DNA of 64,000 nucleotides from a virus. The translations under genes were made by a program, and so were the position numbers. Under the pieces are notes generated by a model. It was not told the DNA's origin. It saw nothing but the letters and a program-made list of their open reading frames with translations, and did not search any database. Below, in pieces: positions 46,380 to 56,210 of the stretch (its first letter is position 1; each line of letters opens with the position of its first letter). The stretch lies in the IMG/VR virus record IMGVR_UViG_3300025127_000013, positions 66,762 to 130,761 of that record; one strand, given 5' to 3'.

Positions 46380-49300
46380 ATGAGTAAGGAAGAATTATTA
46401 GAAAAATATGCTGATGATAAACATATCAATAGAAGAACATGGATTGAGAGCAATTATGAATCTTTTATAAGTAAATCAGCAAATTTATCCAGCATTCTTG
46501 CTAATAATAACGATAGTCTAATGAGACTATCTCAAATTGACTCCGAACTTGCTACCGATTCTACTATTGTTGGCTACTACGGCGGCTTCAATGAGGTTGT
46601 CTTACAAGAAGCAATCAATGACGGAGAATTGGACACTTTAGTTAATGTTATCATACCTGAAATTCAAGGCAACCTTGCTAATAATGATGAACTTTCGGCA
46701 CAATATCAAAATGAAAAAGTTTTAGATCCTGATTCGGAAAAAACCAAGGCTCTTCAAAAATTAGTAGATTCAAACTTAGCACTTAGAAACCAAACAGCAA
46801 AATTACTAGAATTGTCTGGTAAATATCAAAAGGCGATTCAAAAAGATCTCGATGCCGTTCAAGAAAAGCTCGATGAAATAGACCGATTAGATCGAAATCG
46901 TTTAGAGGCGAGTAGAGTAGCGGAACTTGAAGGTTCAAAAGCAGAAATACAAAGTGACACCAGTCTGGGAGCACTAGCAAGAAAAGAAGTCAGTGCGACT
47001 TTTAAAGAACAATGTTTTATGTTGCAAAACATATATGAGATAATTGACATAAAAAGAAAATACATGGATGAGTTAACTAAGCTGCCATACGAAGAGGGAA
47101 AATCAAGCGGCTTTAATCGGCCCCTACAAGTTGAATCACAGCCATTTGGTTTTATCAATAGATTAACTCAACAAGAAAGCACGGCACAATTATTTAATTT
47201 ACCAAATGTTATTTTGTCGCAATTACAACCCATGGTCAGGCTGTATAAGGTTGACGAAAACAACAATCAAATACCTATTGAGTTTCCGGCAAAAATTAAG
47301 TTTGGCGAGGGACTAAAAAAGACATCAAATGACATTACAAAATATTTAAAAGGCAGCAACAGAAGAGGTTTTGGGGTGGGTCTAAAAGACTTCTCCTTTA
47401 CATTTAAAGGTAGCGACCCTTTCGCTGTAAAAAAATCGATAGAAGCAAGTTTGACCATTTATGCAGCTTCTTTTGAAGAACTGCTAGAAGAAAGAACCAT
47501 TAAAATAAAAGTGGGAAAGAAAAAGATACCTTTTAAATACACTTATGCTGACTTGGCACTTAAAACCGGGACAGCCCTAACGGAGCAAAATGTTGTCTCC
47601 GATAAAAATTCAAAAGCTGTTATAGATAATCTTGATAAATTAAAGTTTAGATTGAAAGCAGTTGTGGGATATGAATTTCCTGATAATCTACATATTCCAA
47701 GATCCACAGGATTCTCTGCTCAGCAAATCAAAGATGCAGTGTACAACAGTTTTACAACATTAGCACTAACACCAACAATTCATGAATTTAAATTTAGAGA
47801 AGGTGGTGAAATAGAATTTAAAATAAATTATTTATCCTACATTGAAGACTTTTTTGATCAATCGTATTTTAACATATTTTCGGATGTCAGAATCACATCA
47901 GAAAGCTATGAAAGAAAATTATTAATTAAAAGATATGAAGAGTTATGCTTAAAAAATAAGATTGAGACTGAGAAAAAATTGGATGCAAAGAGATTTAAAC
48001 AATTAAAGGCCGACTCGCTTAGAACACTTATAGAAACAATGATACAACGGGGTAAAATATATCACTTTAAAGTTCCCTATGAAAAATTAGCAAACTTTGC
48101 TGAAGATCCGCTTTCCGATGAGAGTTTAGACATTTTCAATACACTTGGTATAACTGATAATATTTCTGAGACAAGTCTTGATCCCAAAAAGGATGCCAAG
48201 GGGGCCACATCCACTACAGACTCAGGCTCTAAAGTGCCGGAGACAATAACAATTAACAGTGAGATTGACACAAACTCTGTAGAGCAAATAAATTACTTTT
48301 ATCTCAACGATCTTATAGCTATTATAATGGAAAACATTGAGACATCGTTATCAAGCAATGGATATATTAAGTCGCTTGAAAAAATAAAAGGCAAAATTGG
48401 TGATAAACTTTATAAAGATGAAAAAAGAAAATTGAAAAAAATGCTAGAAAATTATAGGAATCTAAGAGTTGTGCTTGGGCCGATTGAAATTAGAAACCCT
48501 AGACAACCCGGTGTTTACAAAAATGTATCATTAGGAGATATTCCGATGTCGTTAACATATTTCGCAGAATGGATGACATCAAAAATTGTCTCTAGAGATA
48601 GGATAGAGTATAGCCTATCGGCATTTGTTAATGACTTTATAAAAACTTATGTAAGAAATTTTTTGAACAGTGAAACATGCTTTGGTGGCAAGGTTAAACA
48701 AAGATTAATAGTGTACAATTCAAATATCTCATCTTACAGTCAAAGTGAATATGACGAAATATCAGCAAAAATTTTTGATGCCAAAAGAAAAGCCCCGGCC
48801 GGCTCTCCAGAATCAAAATTAACAAGATATGACATGCCAAGTTCGGGCCTAACAGGGGTATTAAATACCATGGGCACCAGAGATTTACCAAACCCAAGCA
48901 AAGGCTTTCTAAATCAAACAAACTATATGATTTTTTATGCTGGAAGATCGCAGCCGCAAAAATTAATGGCCGGTAAAAGACAATCTGACCTTTCAAATGG
49001 TATTTTTCATTACATACTTGGTAAAAACAATGGGATTGTTAAAAAGATAGATCTAACTAGAACCAATGTTACGGGCCTCAGAGAATTAAGATTTGAACAG
49101 GAAGGTTTTGACGGCCTACAACAATTGAGAGAGGTATATGATGCAAATATAGATACATTTCTAAATTCAACTGCATATCCGGGTACATACATATTTATTA
49201 ATCCACGAGGTTTTGCACCCGACACTTCAAACTATAGTAATAAAACTTCCAAATTCAATAAATTGGAATTGTCCAAATACGGAATTGGTGGCTATTTTAT

Positions 49301-49538
49301 GATTATAGAATCTTCACATAGATTTGCTGAGGGCTTGGCTGAATCTAAAATCACCGCTAAATGGGTTGCAGGTCTGGAGTCTGATGCAACTCCGGCAGGA
49401 GAGTCAGGCACAAAGATTGAAAGTCGAGGTAATAAAAAACAAAAATGTGCTGTTTCTTCTACACCGACACCTGATGTGTCTGTGTCAATCCCCGGAGCAA
49501 CTGATGTACCTGACACCGTGGGTGTAACAACTAACTAA
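46380..49538 (+). CDS. Large baseplate hub-like protein
   Basis: Follows LysM gene; C-terminal YPGTYIFINP...GGYFMII...H.F....ESKITAKW is typical of gp27/gpD-type hub ends. Confidence 0.55.
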   Translation: MSKEELLEKYADDKHINRRTWIESNYESFISKSANLSSILANNNDSLMRLSQIDSELATDSTIVGYYGGFNEVVLQEAINDGELDTLVNVIIPEIQGNLANNDELSAQYQNEKVLDPDSEKTKALQKLVDSNLALRNQTAKLLELSGKYQKAIQKDLDAVQEKLDEIDRLDRNRLEASRVAELEGSKAEIQSDTSLGALARKEVSATFKEQCFMLQNIYEIIDIKRKYMDELTKLPYEEGKSSGFNRPLQVESQPFGFINRLTQQESTAQLFNLPNVILSQLQPMVRLYKVDENNNQIPIEFPAKIKFGEGLKKTSNDITKYLKGSNRRGFGVGLKDFSFTFKGSDPFAVKKSIEASLTIYAASFEELLEERTIKIKVGKKKIPFKYTYADLALKTGTALTEQNVVSDKNSKAVIDNLDKLKFRLKAVVGYEFPDNLHIPRSTGFSAQQIKDAVYNSFTTLALTPTIHEFKFREGGEIEFKINYLSYIEDFFDQSYFNIFSDVRITSESYERKLLIKRYEELCLKNKIETEKKLDAKRFKQLKADSLRTLIETMIQRGKIYHFKVPYEKLANFAEDPLSDESLDIFNTLGITDNISETSLDPKKDAKGATSTTDSGSKVPETITINSEIDTNSVEQINYFYLNDLIAIIMENIETSLSSNGYIKSLEKIKGKIGDKLYKDEKRKLKKMLENYRNLRVVLGPIEIRNPRQPGVYKNVSLGDIPMSLTYFAEWMTSKIVSRDRIEYSLSAFVNDFIKTYVRNFLNSETCFGGKVKQRLIVYNSNISSYSQSEYDEISAKIFDAKRKAPAGSPESKLTRYDMPSSGLTGVLNTMGTRDLPNPSKGFLNQTNYMIFYAGRSQPQKLMAGKRQSDLSNGIFHYILGKNNGIVKKIDLTRTNVTGLRELRFEQEGFDGLQQLREVYDANIDTFLNSTAYPGTYIFINPRGFAPDTSNYSNKTSKFNKLELSKYGIGGYFMIIESSHRFAEGLAESKITAKWVAGLESDATPAGESGTKIESRGNKKQKCAVSSTPTPDVSVSIPGATDVPDTVGVTTN

Positions 49539-49558
49539 ACTAAAAAAGAGGGCACACA

Positions 49559-50824
49559 ATGGCAATTTTATTTAAAGAAAACAACGATGGAAAAGCAAAA
49601 TCTCTATATGCAAAAAAAATATTTTATGATGTCATTGTTAATGAAAGTGAATATGAGAATCTAATAGATTTTTATTTCGCTGAGAGATATCTTTACGGCC
49701 GAGTCGATAACTTCTTTTTACCGATAATATTTGACACTGCTGGTATGCCTCTGGCGACAATATCACAGACCAATACAGAGCAGACCGGCTTACAAGCTGC
49801 AGCATTTGTTGTTCAAGCATTCAATGACCTTAATCAAAAGTTTAAGACAAAAATATTAACCGGCGAGATAAATCAAAATGATCAATTTCTCAGCACCCTT
49901 GAGGTTACAAAAGCATATCAAGATCCTCGCACACTTTATTCAGAGTACTTGCAGAAAATTGTCGAAGTTATGAGTGAACAAGTTTTGGAACAGGACATTA
50001 AATTTGATAATTTTGGTCAATTCAATATGTTTTTTGATAATTTTGTTTCTAAGATGATAGACGAAATGCCATTAACATTTTCTGGATTCATAAAAAGTAA
50101 ATATTGTCCTATGAATGTGTCGGGCTTGGTGATTGAAATATCAGATCAGAGCTTTGCCAATGATGATGAAAAAATAAAGAACTTTAAAGAAAGTCCAAAT
50201 TGGAAATTTTATCTTAATGCATGCAGAAGCTATGGTTTTTGGGTTGATAAATCAAATCCGTTTAGGCTTGTTGCAAACATAGGCTCACCTGAAATGTTAA
50301 CATATGCAAGAAACACTAGTAATTGCAATTTTACTAGTACTTTTGATATTCTTTCCAGAGGGTATAGACCGGCTTATATTGATGATGTCAACAGTCTTAA
50401 AAATTTAATGTTTAGTACTTATAAAGCTGTTAAGCGGCCATACATTAAAAGACAAATATGTAACAACTCTAAGGATAACCGAACTATTCAAACCATTGTA
50501 ACCCCAGAAGATTTTACAATTGAACAATTTACAAAAAAATATCCTTTCAATTACTTTTTGAAGAAATATATGAGTATTAGGATTAAAGAAAATAAACTAA
50601 AATTAAAAAACCATCAACAAAAAAAGATAATAAACGATTCAATCTCCTTATTAAGCATGAAAGGACTACCGAAAGCAATTAGCTCATTTGAAAAGGTTGT
50701 GGCACAAACATATACATACAGTGGATCCTTGACAGACCTTATTAACAATGTTACAATGGATAGTGAACAGGAAAAACAAACCTCTCAAGGCTCCTCCAGT
50801 TCATCATCTACATCAGGATATTAA
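49559..50824 (+). CDS. Hypothetical protein
   Basis: Long ORF with RBS GAGGG; no motif recognised. Confidence 0.7.
   Translation: MAILFKENNDGKAKSLYAKKIFYDVIVNESEYENLIDFYFAERYLYGRVDNFFLPIIFDTAGMPLATISQTNTEQTGLQAAAFVVQAFNDLNQKFKTKILTGEINQNDQFLSTLEVTKAYQDPRTLYSEYLQKIVEVMSEQVLEQDIKFDNFGQFNMFFDNFVSKMIDEMPLTFSGFIKSKYCPMNVSGLVIEISDQSFANDDEKIKNFKESPNWKFYLNACRSYGFWVDKSNPFRLVANIGSPEMLTYARNTSNCNFTSTFDILSRGYRPAYIDDVNSLKNLMFSTYKAVKRPYIKRQICNNSKDNRTIQTIVTPEDFTIEQFTKKYPFNYFLKKYMSIRIKENKLKLKNHQQKKIINDSISLLSMKGLPKAISSFEKVVAQTYTYSGSLTDLINNVTMDSEQEKQTSQGSSSSSSTSGY
50729..50757 (+). promoter_or_regulatory. Sigma70-type promoter
   Basis: TTGACA-N17-TACAAT with extended TG, inside the upstream gene, ahead of the DNA polymerase. 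Confidence 0.7.
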
Positions 50825-52026
50825 TGTATTTTCAATCACTTGACGATAAAACGGAATGTGTAGGTGTGTATTGTGATGGTCGGCTTCATTTTGAAAGCAT
50901 TCCATCGGGTCTAACAAGAACATGGCGGTACACTGGCTCTATCCGTGATGAAAATATAGAATATGCATGGTTGTATAATGGTGGCAAGAACTTATTAGAC
51001 TCATGCCCTCCTGAATACGAGAAAGAACTAAAATCTTCAATCAAAAAAATGGAGGCATTTCACAAATCTTTCAAAATAGCCAAAATCAACATGCGAGAAC
51101 ATTGCATATTTGATCTGATACCTGAAGATTCATTGGTTCAATTTTGTGAAGTAAAGAATAAAATAACTGAATATATTTTTGCGACAATGGAAAAGCCGGA
51201 TAATTATGATTTCCTCGATAAATCATATAAATTGCTTCACAAGATTAGAGAGCAAGATTTAAATATTCAAACTTCTGATTGTAAATCGCTTTTTACATCT
51301 ACCAATAACCGTCTGGGTTTACAAAAAATATTGAACGGCAATAAGTTTATTGATTACAACCTCTTTGGAACGGTCACAGGCCGCCTTGCCACATACCCAG
51401 CATCATTTCCGATGTTGACTATGAAAAAGGACTTCAGAAGGATTGTAAAGCCACACAACGACTGGTTTTTGTCACTTGACTACAATGGGGCAGAAGTCCG
51501 CACCGTTTTATCGCTTTTGGGCCATCCACAGCCTGAAGACGATATTCATGCATGGAATATTGCAAATGTATTTAATTCGACCAACAATGATGATATGACT
51601 TTAAATCGAGACGATGCAAAGGTAATGTTCTTTGGCTGGTTATACAATCCAGACTCAGAAGTTATCCAATCTAAAATTTACGACCGAGATGCCATTGTTG
51701 AGGCTTTTTATTCAGATGGCGAGGTTTCAACTCCTTTTGGTAGGAATATCTCGGTAGACCGCAGAAGGGCACTTAGCTATATTGTACAAAGCACGACATC
51801 AGATCTTGTTATTGACAGGGCAGTAGAGATTGATAAATTCCTACAAGATAAGAAAAGTTTTGTGTCTCACATTGTTCACGATGAAATCGCCATTGATTTA
51901 TCGGATGAAGACAGAGATCTAGTACCAGAAATTAAAGAGATATTTTCTAATAACAAATTGGACAAATTTATGGTAAACTTAAGTGCGGGTAAAAACTACC
52001 AAGATTTGGAAGAGTTAAAAATATGA
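50824..52026 (+). CDS. Short family A DNA polymerase
   Basis: GTVTGRL, motif A LDYNGAEVR, motif B RDDAKVMFFGWLY, TPFGR, IVQSTTSD, motif C IVHDEI. Confidence 0.85.
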   Translation: MYFQSLDDKTECVGVYCDGRLHFESIPSGLTRTWRYTGSIRDENIEYAWLYNGGKNLLDSCPPEYEKELKSSIKKMEAFHKSFKIAKINMREHCIFDLIPEDSLVQFCEVKNKITEYIFATMEKPDNYDFLDKSYKLLHKIREQDLNIQTSDCKSLFTSTNNRLGLQKILNGNKFIDYNLFGTVTGRLATYPASFPMLTMKKDFRRIVKPHNDWFLSLDYNGAEVRTVLSLLGHPQPEDDIHAWNIANVFNSTNNDDMTLNRDDAKVMFFGWLYNPDSEVIQSKIYDRDAIVEAFYSDGEVSTPFGRNISVDRRRALSYIVQSTTSDLVIDRAVEIDKFLQDKKSFVSHIVHDEIAIDLSDEDRDLVPEIKEIFSNNKLDKFMVNLSAGKNYQDLEELKI

Positions 52027-52889
52027 TTTCTATTGTAGGTATCGGCAATGCAGCCTCTGCGATTGCTGATAAATTTTCAAGCATTCCACAGTATGATGTG
52101 TACATGCTTAACAGTAAAGTTAAGAAACGATCAAAAAGAAAACACAAATTAAATGTGTATGAAAATCCAGAAGAATACGAGCAAAACATACCGGATTTAA
52201 CCACTTTTTTTGCTGATCTCAAAGACAGAGTACAAGTCTTTGTTGCCGGAGCATCATTAAGCTCTATTTACAGTCTTGGAATTTTAGAGCAAATTAAAGA
52301 CAAAGAGATTGATGTATTTTATATCAAACCAGACACCGAACTTTTAACTGGTATTCCAAAAATGGTTGAAAATACTGTATTTGGTGTTTTGCAAGAGTAT
52401 GCAAGATCCGGCAAGTTTAGATCGTTCACTATCTTTTCTAATGAGAGTATTGAAAAAATACATTCGTCCATCAATCTTAAGACTTACTACGATACACTAA
52501 ATGAGACAATTTATTCTTCCGTGCATTACTTAAATTATTTTGAACACACTGAGCCACATGTCGGCAATATGTCTAAGCCAAGCGATATTAGTCGCATTCG
52601 CTCCGTTGGCATGTTAGATATGAAAAAATTGTCAGAAATGTGGCTTTATGATCTTGACATGGAGCGAGAACTGTGTTATTATATGTGTATAAATTCTGAA
52701 AGACTTGAGGGGGAAGTTGGTCTTCATAAAAAACTTGTTGATATTTTGAAAAGTAAACCTAGAAACACTTTTCGGAAGATTTCATACTCGATTTATGAAA
52801 CAGAATTACCAGATTTTGGGTTTGTCGTGGCCCATACAAATGCGACACAAACAAACAAAAATACTCTTGACAAGCTAGAGCAAGAGTGA
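52023..52889 (+). CDS. Divergent tubulin/FtsZ-fold protein lacking the GGGTG signature
   Basis: ISIVGIGNAASAIAD, NPEEYE, VFVAGASLSS, YIKPD.E, FTIFSNESI and YYDTLNETI align in order with FtsZ motifs. Confidence 0.65.
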   Translation: MISIVGIGNAASAIADKFSSIPQYDVYMLNSKVKKRSKRKHKLNVYENPEEYEQNIPDLTTFFADLKDRVQVFVAGASLSSIYSLGILEQIKDKEIDVFYIKPDTELLTGIPKMVENTVFGVLQEYARSGKFRSFTIFSNESIEKIHSSINLKTYYDTLNETIYSSVHYLNYFEHTEPHVGNMSKPSDISRIRSVGMLDMKKLSEMWLYDLDMERELCYYMCINSERLEGEVGLHKKLVDILKSKPRNTFRKISYSIYETELPDFGFVVAHTNATQTNKNTLDKLEQE

Positions 52890-52895
52890 TACATT
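52867..52895 (+). promoter_or_regulatory. Sigma70-type promoter
   Basis: TTGACA-N17-TACATT with extended TG, before the ssDNA-binding gene. Confidence 0.7.
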
Positions 52896-52946
52896 AGATA
52901 TCAAGGAAAGCTTGATATACTTTATAACAACAATAGGAGAAAACTA

Positions 52947-53720
52947 ATGTCAATCAATATGGATCTAATGCGGAAGAAGCTTGCTTCTCTGCGAGGAGAA
53001 GGTCAACGAGACGGTGACTCGTTATTTTTTAAACCTGAAGAGGGCGATCAAGATATTCGCATTGTCCCAACAGCGGATGGCGACCCGCTAAAAGAAATGT
53101 ATTTTCACTATAATGTAGGTGAACATAAAGGAGGCATCCTTTGCCCCAAGCGAAACTTTGGAGAGCGATGCCCTGTCTGTGATTTCGCATCTGCAGTGTG
53201 GAAGGAATCGTCAGAGACCAATGACGACGAAGGCAAGAAGCTTGCCAAGTCTCTTTTTGTCCGTGCACGGTATTTTTCACCAGTAGTCTTGCGAGGTCGT
53301 GAAAGCGAAGGAATCAAGGTCTATGGCTACGGAAAGAAGGCATACGAATTGCTTCTTGGTTATATTCTTGACCCTGAGTATGGCGACATCACAGACACTC
53401 AAGAGGGCACTGACATTACACTAACCTATACTAAGCCCACCACACCCGGTGCTTACCCACAAACTAGCATGAAGATGCGACGAAACACATCTTCCCTGCT
53501 TGAAGACACGGAAGCGATCCCTGCCCTCCTCGATCGCATGCCAGATTTCGGTTCTCTTTTTGAGAGAAAGACACCCGAAGAAATCGACACCATTCTCGAT
53601 GAACAACTAGTAAACCCATCATCAGCAGAATCCTTGTCCAGTGAAACTACGGCGTATGGAAAAAGTAGTTCCGCAAGCGATGTCGATAAAGCTTTTGACG
53701 AGCTTATGAGCAGTAAGTAA
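52947..53720 (+). CDS. Single-stranded DNA-binding protein (gp32-like)
   Basis: IRIVP, FHY, LCPK...CPVC, YGYGKK.YE.L, GDITD..EG.DI, acidic tail VDKAFDELM. Confidence 0.85.
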   Translation: MSINMDLMRKKLASLRGEGQRDGDSLFFKPEEGDQDIRIVPTADGDPLKEMYFHYNVGEHKGGILCPKRNFGERCPVCDFASAVWKESSETNDDEGKKLAKSLFVRARYFSPVVLRGRESEGIKVYGYGKKAYELLLGYILDPEYGDITDTQEGTDITLTYTKPTTPGAYPQTSMKMRRNTSSLLEDTEAIPALLDRMPDFGSLFERKTPEEIDTILDEQLVNPSSAESLSSETTAYGKSSSASDVDKAFDELMSSK

Positions 53721-53731
53721 ATAGTTTAGTG

Positions 53732-53774
53732 TGTGGGAAACCGCTGGCAGACCGGTCAAAGTCTGCTGCTTTTA
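53732..53774 (+). terminator. Two-hairpin element/terminator between ssb and recA
   Basis: GTGG-GAAA-CCGC then GGCAGAC-CGGTCAAA-GTCTGCT followed by GCTTTT. Confidence 0.5.
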
Positions 53775-53789
53775 TTCCAAGGAGGTTGT

Positions 53790-54941
53790 ATGATGGCTAG
53801 AAAAAAAGCCAGCAAAGCAGGTCGTGTAGATATGCAGGATCTGATGAAGATTGTAAATAAAAAAGCAGGGCAGAATGTGGCACACAATCTGACGGGTGAT
53901 AACCCAACTGCTGTGAAGGAGTGGATTCCAACTGGATCCCGTTGGCTTGATTCAATCATTGCCAAAGGACAAGTAGCTGGCATTCCTGTTGGTAAGATTA
54001 CAGAGATTGCAGGTTTAGAAGCAACTGGTAAATCTTATATGGCAACACAGATTGCCGCAAATGCCCAGAAAGTGGGCAAGATGGTCGTTTATTTCGATTC
54101 TGAGTCTGCTATCGATCCAATGTTCTTGGAACGAGCAGGCTGCGATTTAGACCGTCTTATGTATGTGCAAGCATCCTCTGTGGAGTTTGTACTTGAGACT
54201 ATCGAAGAACTATTAGGTGCGACCGACGAACAACTAGTATTTATTTGGGATTCGTTGGCATTTACACCATCAATTTCAGATGTTGAGGGAGATTTCAACC
54301 CTCAGTCATCAATGGCTGTCAAAGCCCGCATTCTCGCGAAGGGAATGTCAAAGCTTGTTATCCCTATTGCGGATAAGCGAGCAACATTTATTGTCCTCAA
54401 TCAGTTGAAGACAAATATTCCACAGGGCCCGATGGCCCGACAAATAGCGATGACAACACCTTATATCACCCCCGGTGGTAAGGCAATGCATTATGCTTAT
54501 TCACTTCGTATTTGGTTGACTGGCCGTAAAGCAAAGTCAGCATTTATTGAAGATGAACGAGGATTCCGTATTGGCTCCGAAGTTAAGGTGAAACTTGAGA
54601 AGTCTCGTTTTGGTACTCAAGGTCGTTCTTGTGCTTTCCGTATCATGTGGGGCACCGACGATGTTGGAATCCGAGACGAGGAGTCTTGGTTTGATGCAAT
54701 CAAAGGTTCGGAACACCTAACTTCCGCAGGTGCATGGTATACATTCGCCACTCCTGATGGATATACTAAAAAGTTTCAACCATCTAAGTGGACTAGCATT
54801 ATTACCTCCGATGAGGAGTTTAAGAATCGTGTCCTCAAGGTGATGGACGAAGAGATCGTACAAAAGTTCGATCAGCGGCAAGGGAATGCAAAAGAGTTTT
54901 ATGAAGATCCAGAAGATATAACAGTTCCCGTAAAAGAGTAA
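53790..54941 (+). CDS. uvsX: RecA/UvsX recombinase
   Basis: IPTGS..LD, GIPVGKITEIAGLEATGKS, YFDSE, IWDS, LNQL, PGGKA; ATG 53790 after AAGGAGG. Confidence 0.93.
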   Translation: MMARKKASKAGRVDMQDLMKIVNKKAGQNVAHNLTGDNPTAVKEWIPTGSRWLDSIIAKGQVAGIPVGKITEIAGLEATGKSYMATQIAANAQKVGKMVVYFDSESAIDPMFLERAGCDLDRLMYVQASSVEFVLETIEELLGATDEQLVFIWDSLAFTPSISDVEGDFNPQSSMAVKARILAKGMSKLVIPIADKRATFIVLNQLKTNIPQGPMARQIAMTTPYITPGGKAMHYAYSLRIWLTGRKAKSAFIEDERGFRIGSEVKVKLEKSRFGTQGRSCAFRIMWGTDDVGIRDEESWFDAIKGSEHLTSAGAWYTFATPDGYTKKFQPSKWTSIITSDEEFKNRVLKVMDEEIVQKFDQRQGNAKEFYEDPEDITVPVKE

Positions 54942-54950
54942 AGAAAATAC

Positions 54951-54979
54951 TTGACTCTGGCCCTCCGATTGGTTATAAT
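54951..54979 (+). promoter_or_regulatory. Sigma70-type promoter overlapping a terminator hairpin
   Basis: TTGACT-N17-TATAAT. Confidence 0.7.
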
Positions 54980-55001
54980 AAATCAGTCGGAGGGTTTTTT
55001 T
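54961..55001 (+). terminator. Rho-independent terminator after recA
   Basis: CCCTCCGATTGGTT...AATCAGTCGGAGGG stem then T7. Confidence 0.7.
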
Positions 55002-55202
55002 ATGAAGAAAACACACCATGATATTTGTGGTGCTTGTGAAAAGGTGCCGCTTGACTGGACACCAAATGAATTTCCTCAGCCCGGGGAAATAGCTGAGAGG
55101 ATATTATCAAAAAATCCTGAATGGGCTAAATTGCATTACATGATTTCAATGGCTATTTCAAGACGAGACAAATTATGGAGAGAATATTATGAAAACAGAT
55201 AA
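55002..55202 (+). CDS. Small hypothetical protein
   Basis: ATG 55002 after GGAGGG; CGAC motif. Confidence 0.55.
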   Translation: MKKTHHDICGACEKVPLDWTPNEFPQPGEIAERILSKNPEWAKLHYMISMAISRRDKLWREYYENR

Positions 55203-56160
55203 GAAAAGAGTTATTGTTATTGATGCACTTAACATGTTCTTAAGAGCTTATATTGTGGATCCTTCATTGTCAACTAACGGTGATCCCATTGGTGGTATTA
55301 AAGGATCCTTTAAGATTCTTCAAAAGCTTGTAAGAATGACCAAGCCAGATTCTGTTGTTATTGTTTGGGATGGCCCAAATGGTTCCCGCAAACGGCGGAG
55401 TATGGATAAGAACTACAAGTCTGGCCGTAAGCCCTTACGGTTAAATCGTTCTGTGCAGAACCTTACCGAAGACGAGATTTTACAAAATAAGATATGGCAG
55501 CAAAGCAGGACAATTGATTATATCAACCAGATGCCCATTGTTCAGATAATGATCCCAGAGGTCGAAGCTGATGATGTCATAGCATATGTTACTAGAATGA
55601 GTCATTACGATGGTTGGCAAAAGGTTATTATCTCAAACGATAAGGATTTTTTGCAGCTTTGTGATGAGGACACCATTCTGTATCGTCCAACAGTCGATGA
55701 GGTCATGAATACCAAGAGAGTAATTGAAACATTTGGTGTTCACCCTTCTAATATGGCTTTGGCTCGCTCTATTATCGGCGATTCATCGGACAATCTGCCC
55801 GGTATCAAGGGTGCTGGTGTGACATCTGTCAAAAAGAGATTGTCATTTTTAGCATCTGAGAAAGATTATACGATTGATGATGTGATATTATTCTGTGAAA
55901 ATGCAGATAGTAAGCTAAAATTCTTCACAAATATTATTGACGGTCGCCAAGTGATCGAACATAATTACAAAATGATGCAACTCTATTCTCCTCAACTTTC
56001 GATTCAATCTAAGAAGTTTGTTGACAATGCAATAGAGAACTTTGAATGTAATTTCAACCAGTTAGAAATCTATCGGAAAATGATGGAAGATGGATTCGGT
56101 GAACTGAACTGGGAAGACTTAAAAACAAATATGAATCGAATTAAAATTGATTGTTTCTAA
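55189..56160 (+). CDS. 5'-3' exonuclease / RNase H (T4 rnh, PolI N-terminal domain-like)
   Basis: VIDALNMFLRAY, VWDG, YKSGR, EADDVIA, SNDKDFLQL, GDSSDNLPGIKGAG. Confidence 0.93.
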   Translation: MKTDKKRVIVIDALNMFLRAYIVDPSLSTNGDPIGGIKGSFKILQKLVRMTKPDSVVIVWDGPNGSRKRRSMDKNYKSGRKPLRLNRSVQNLTEDEILQNKIWQQSRTIDYINQMPIVQIMIPEVEADDVIAYVTRMSHYDGWQKVIISNDKDFLQLCDEDTILYRPTVDEVMNTKRVIETFGVHPSNMALARSIIGDSSDNLPGIKGAGVTSVKKRLSFLASEKDYTIDDVILFCENADSKLKFFTNIIDGRQVIEHNYKMMQLYSPQLSIQSKKFVDNAIENFECNFNQLEIYRKMMEDGFGELNWEDLKTNMNRIKIDCF

Positions 56161-56161
56161 G

Positions 56162-56189
56162 TTGACTTTACAGAAAACTCAGTTATACT
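56162..56189 (+). promoter_or_regulatory. Sigma70-type promoter
   Basis: TTGACT-N16-TATACT before the helicase. Confidence 0.6.
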
Positions 56190-56210
56190 TATTAATTCAC
56201 GGGAGCAACT

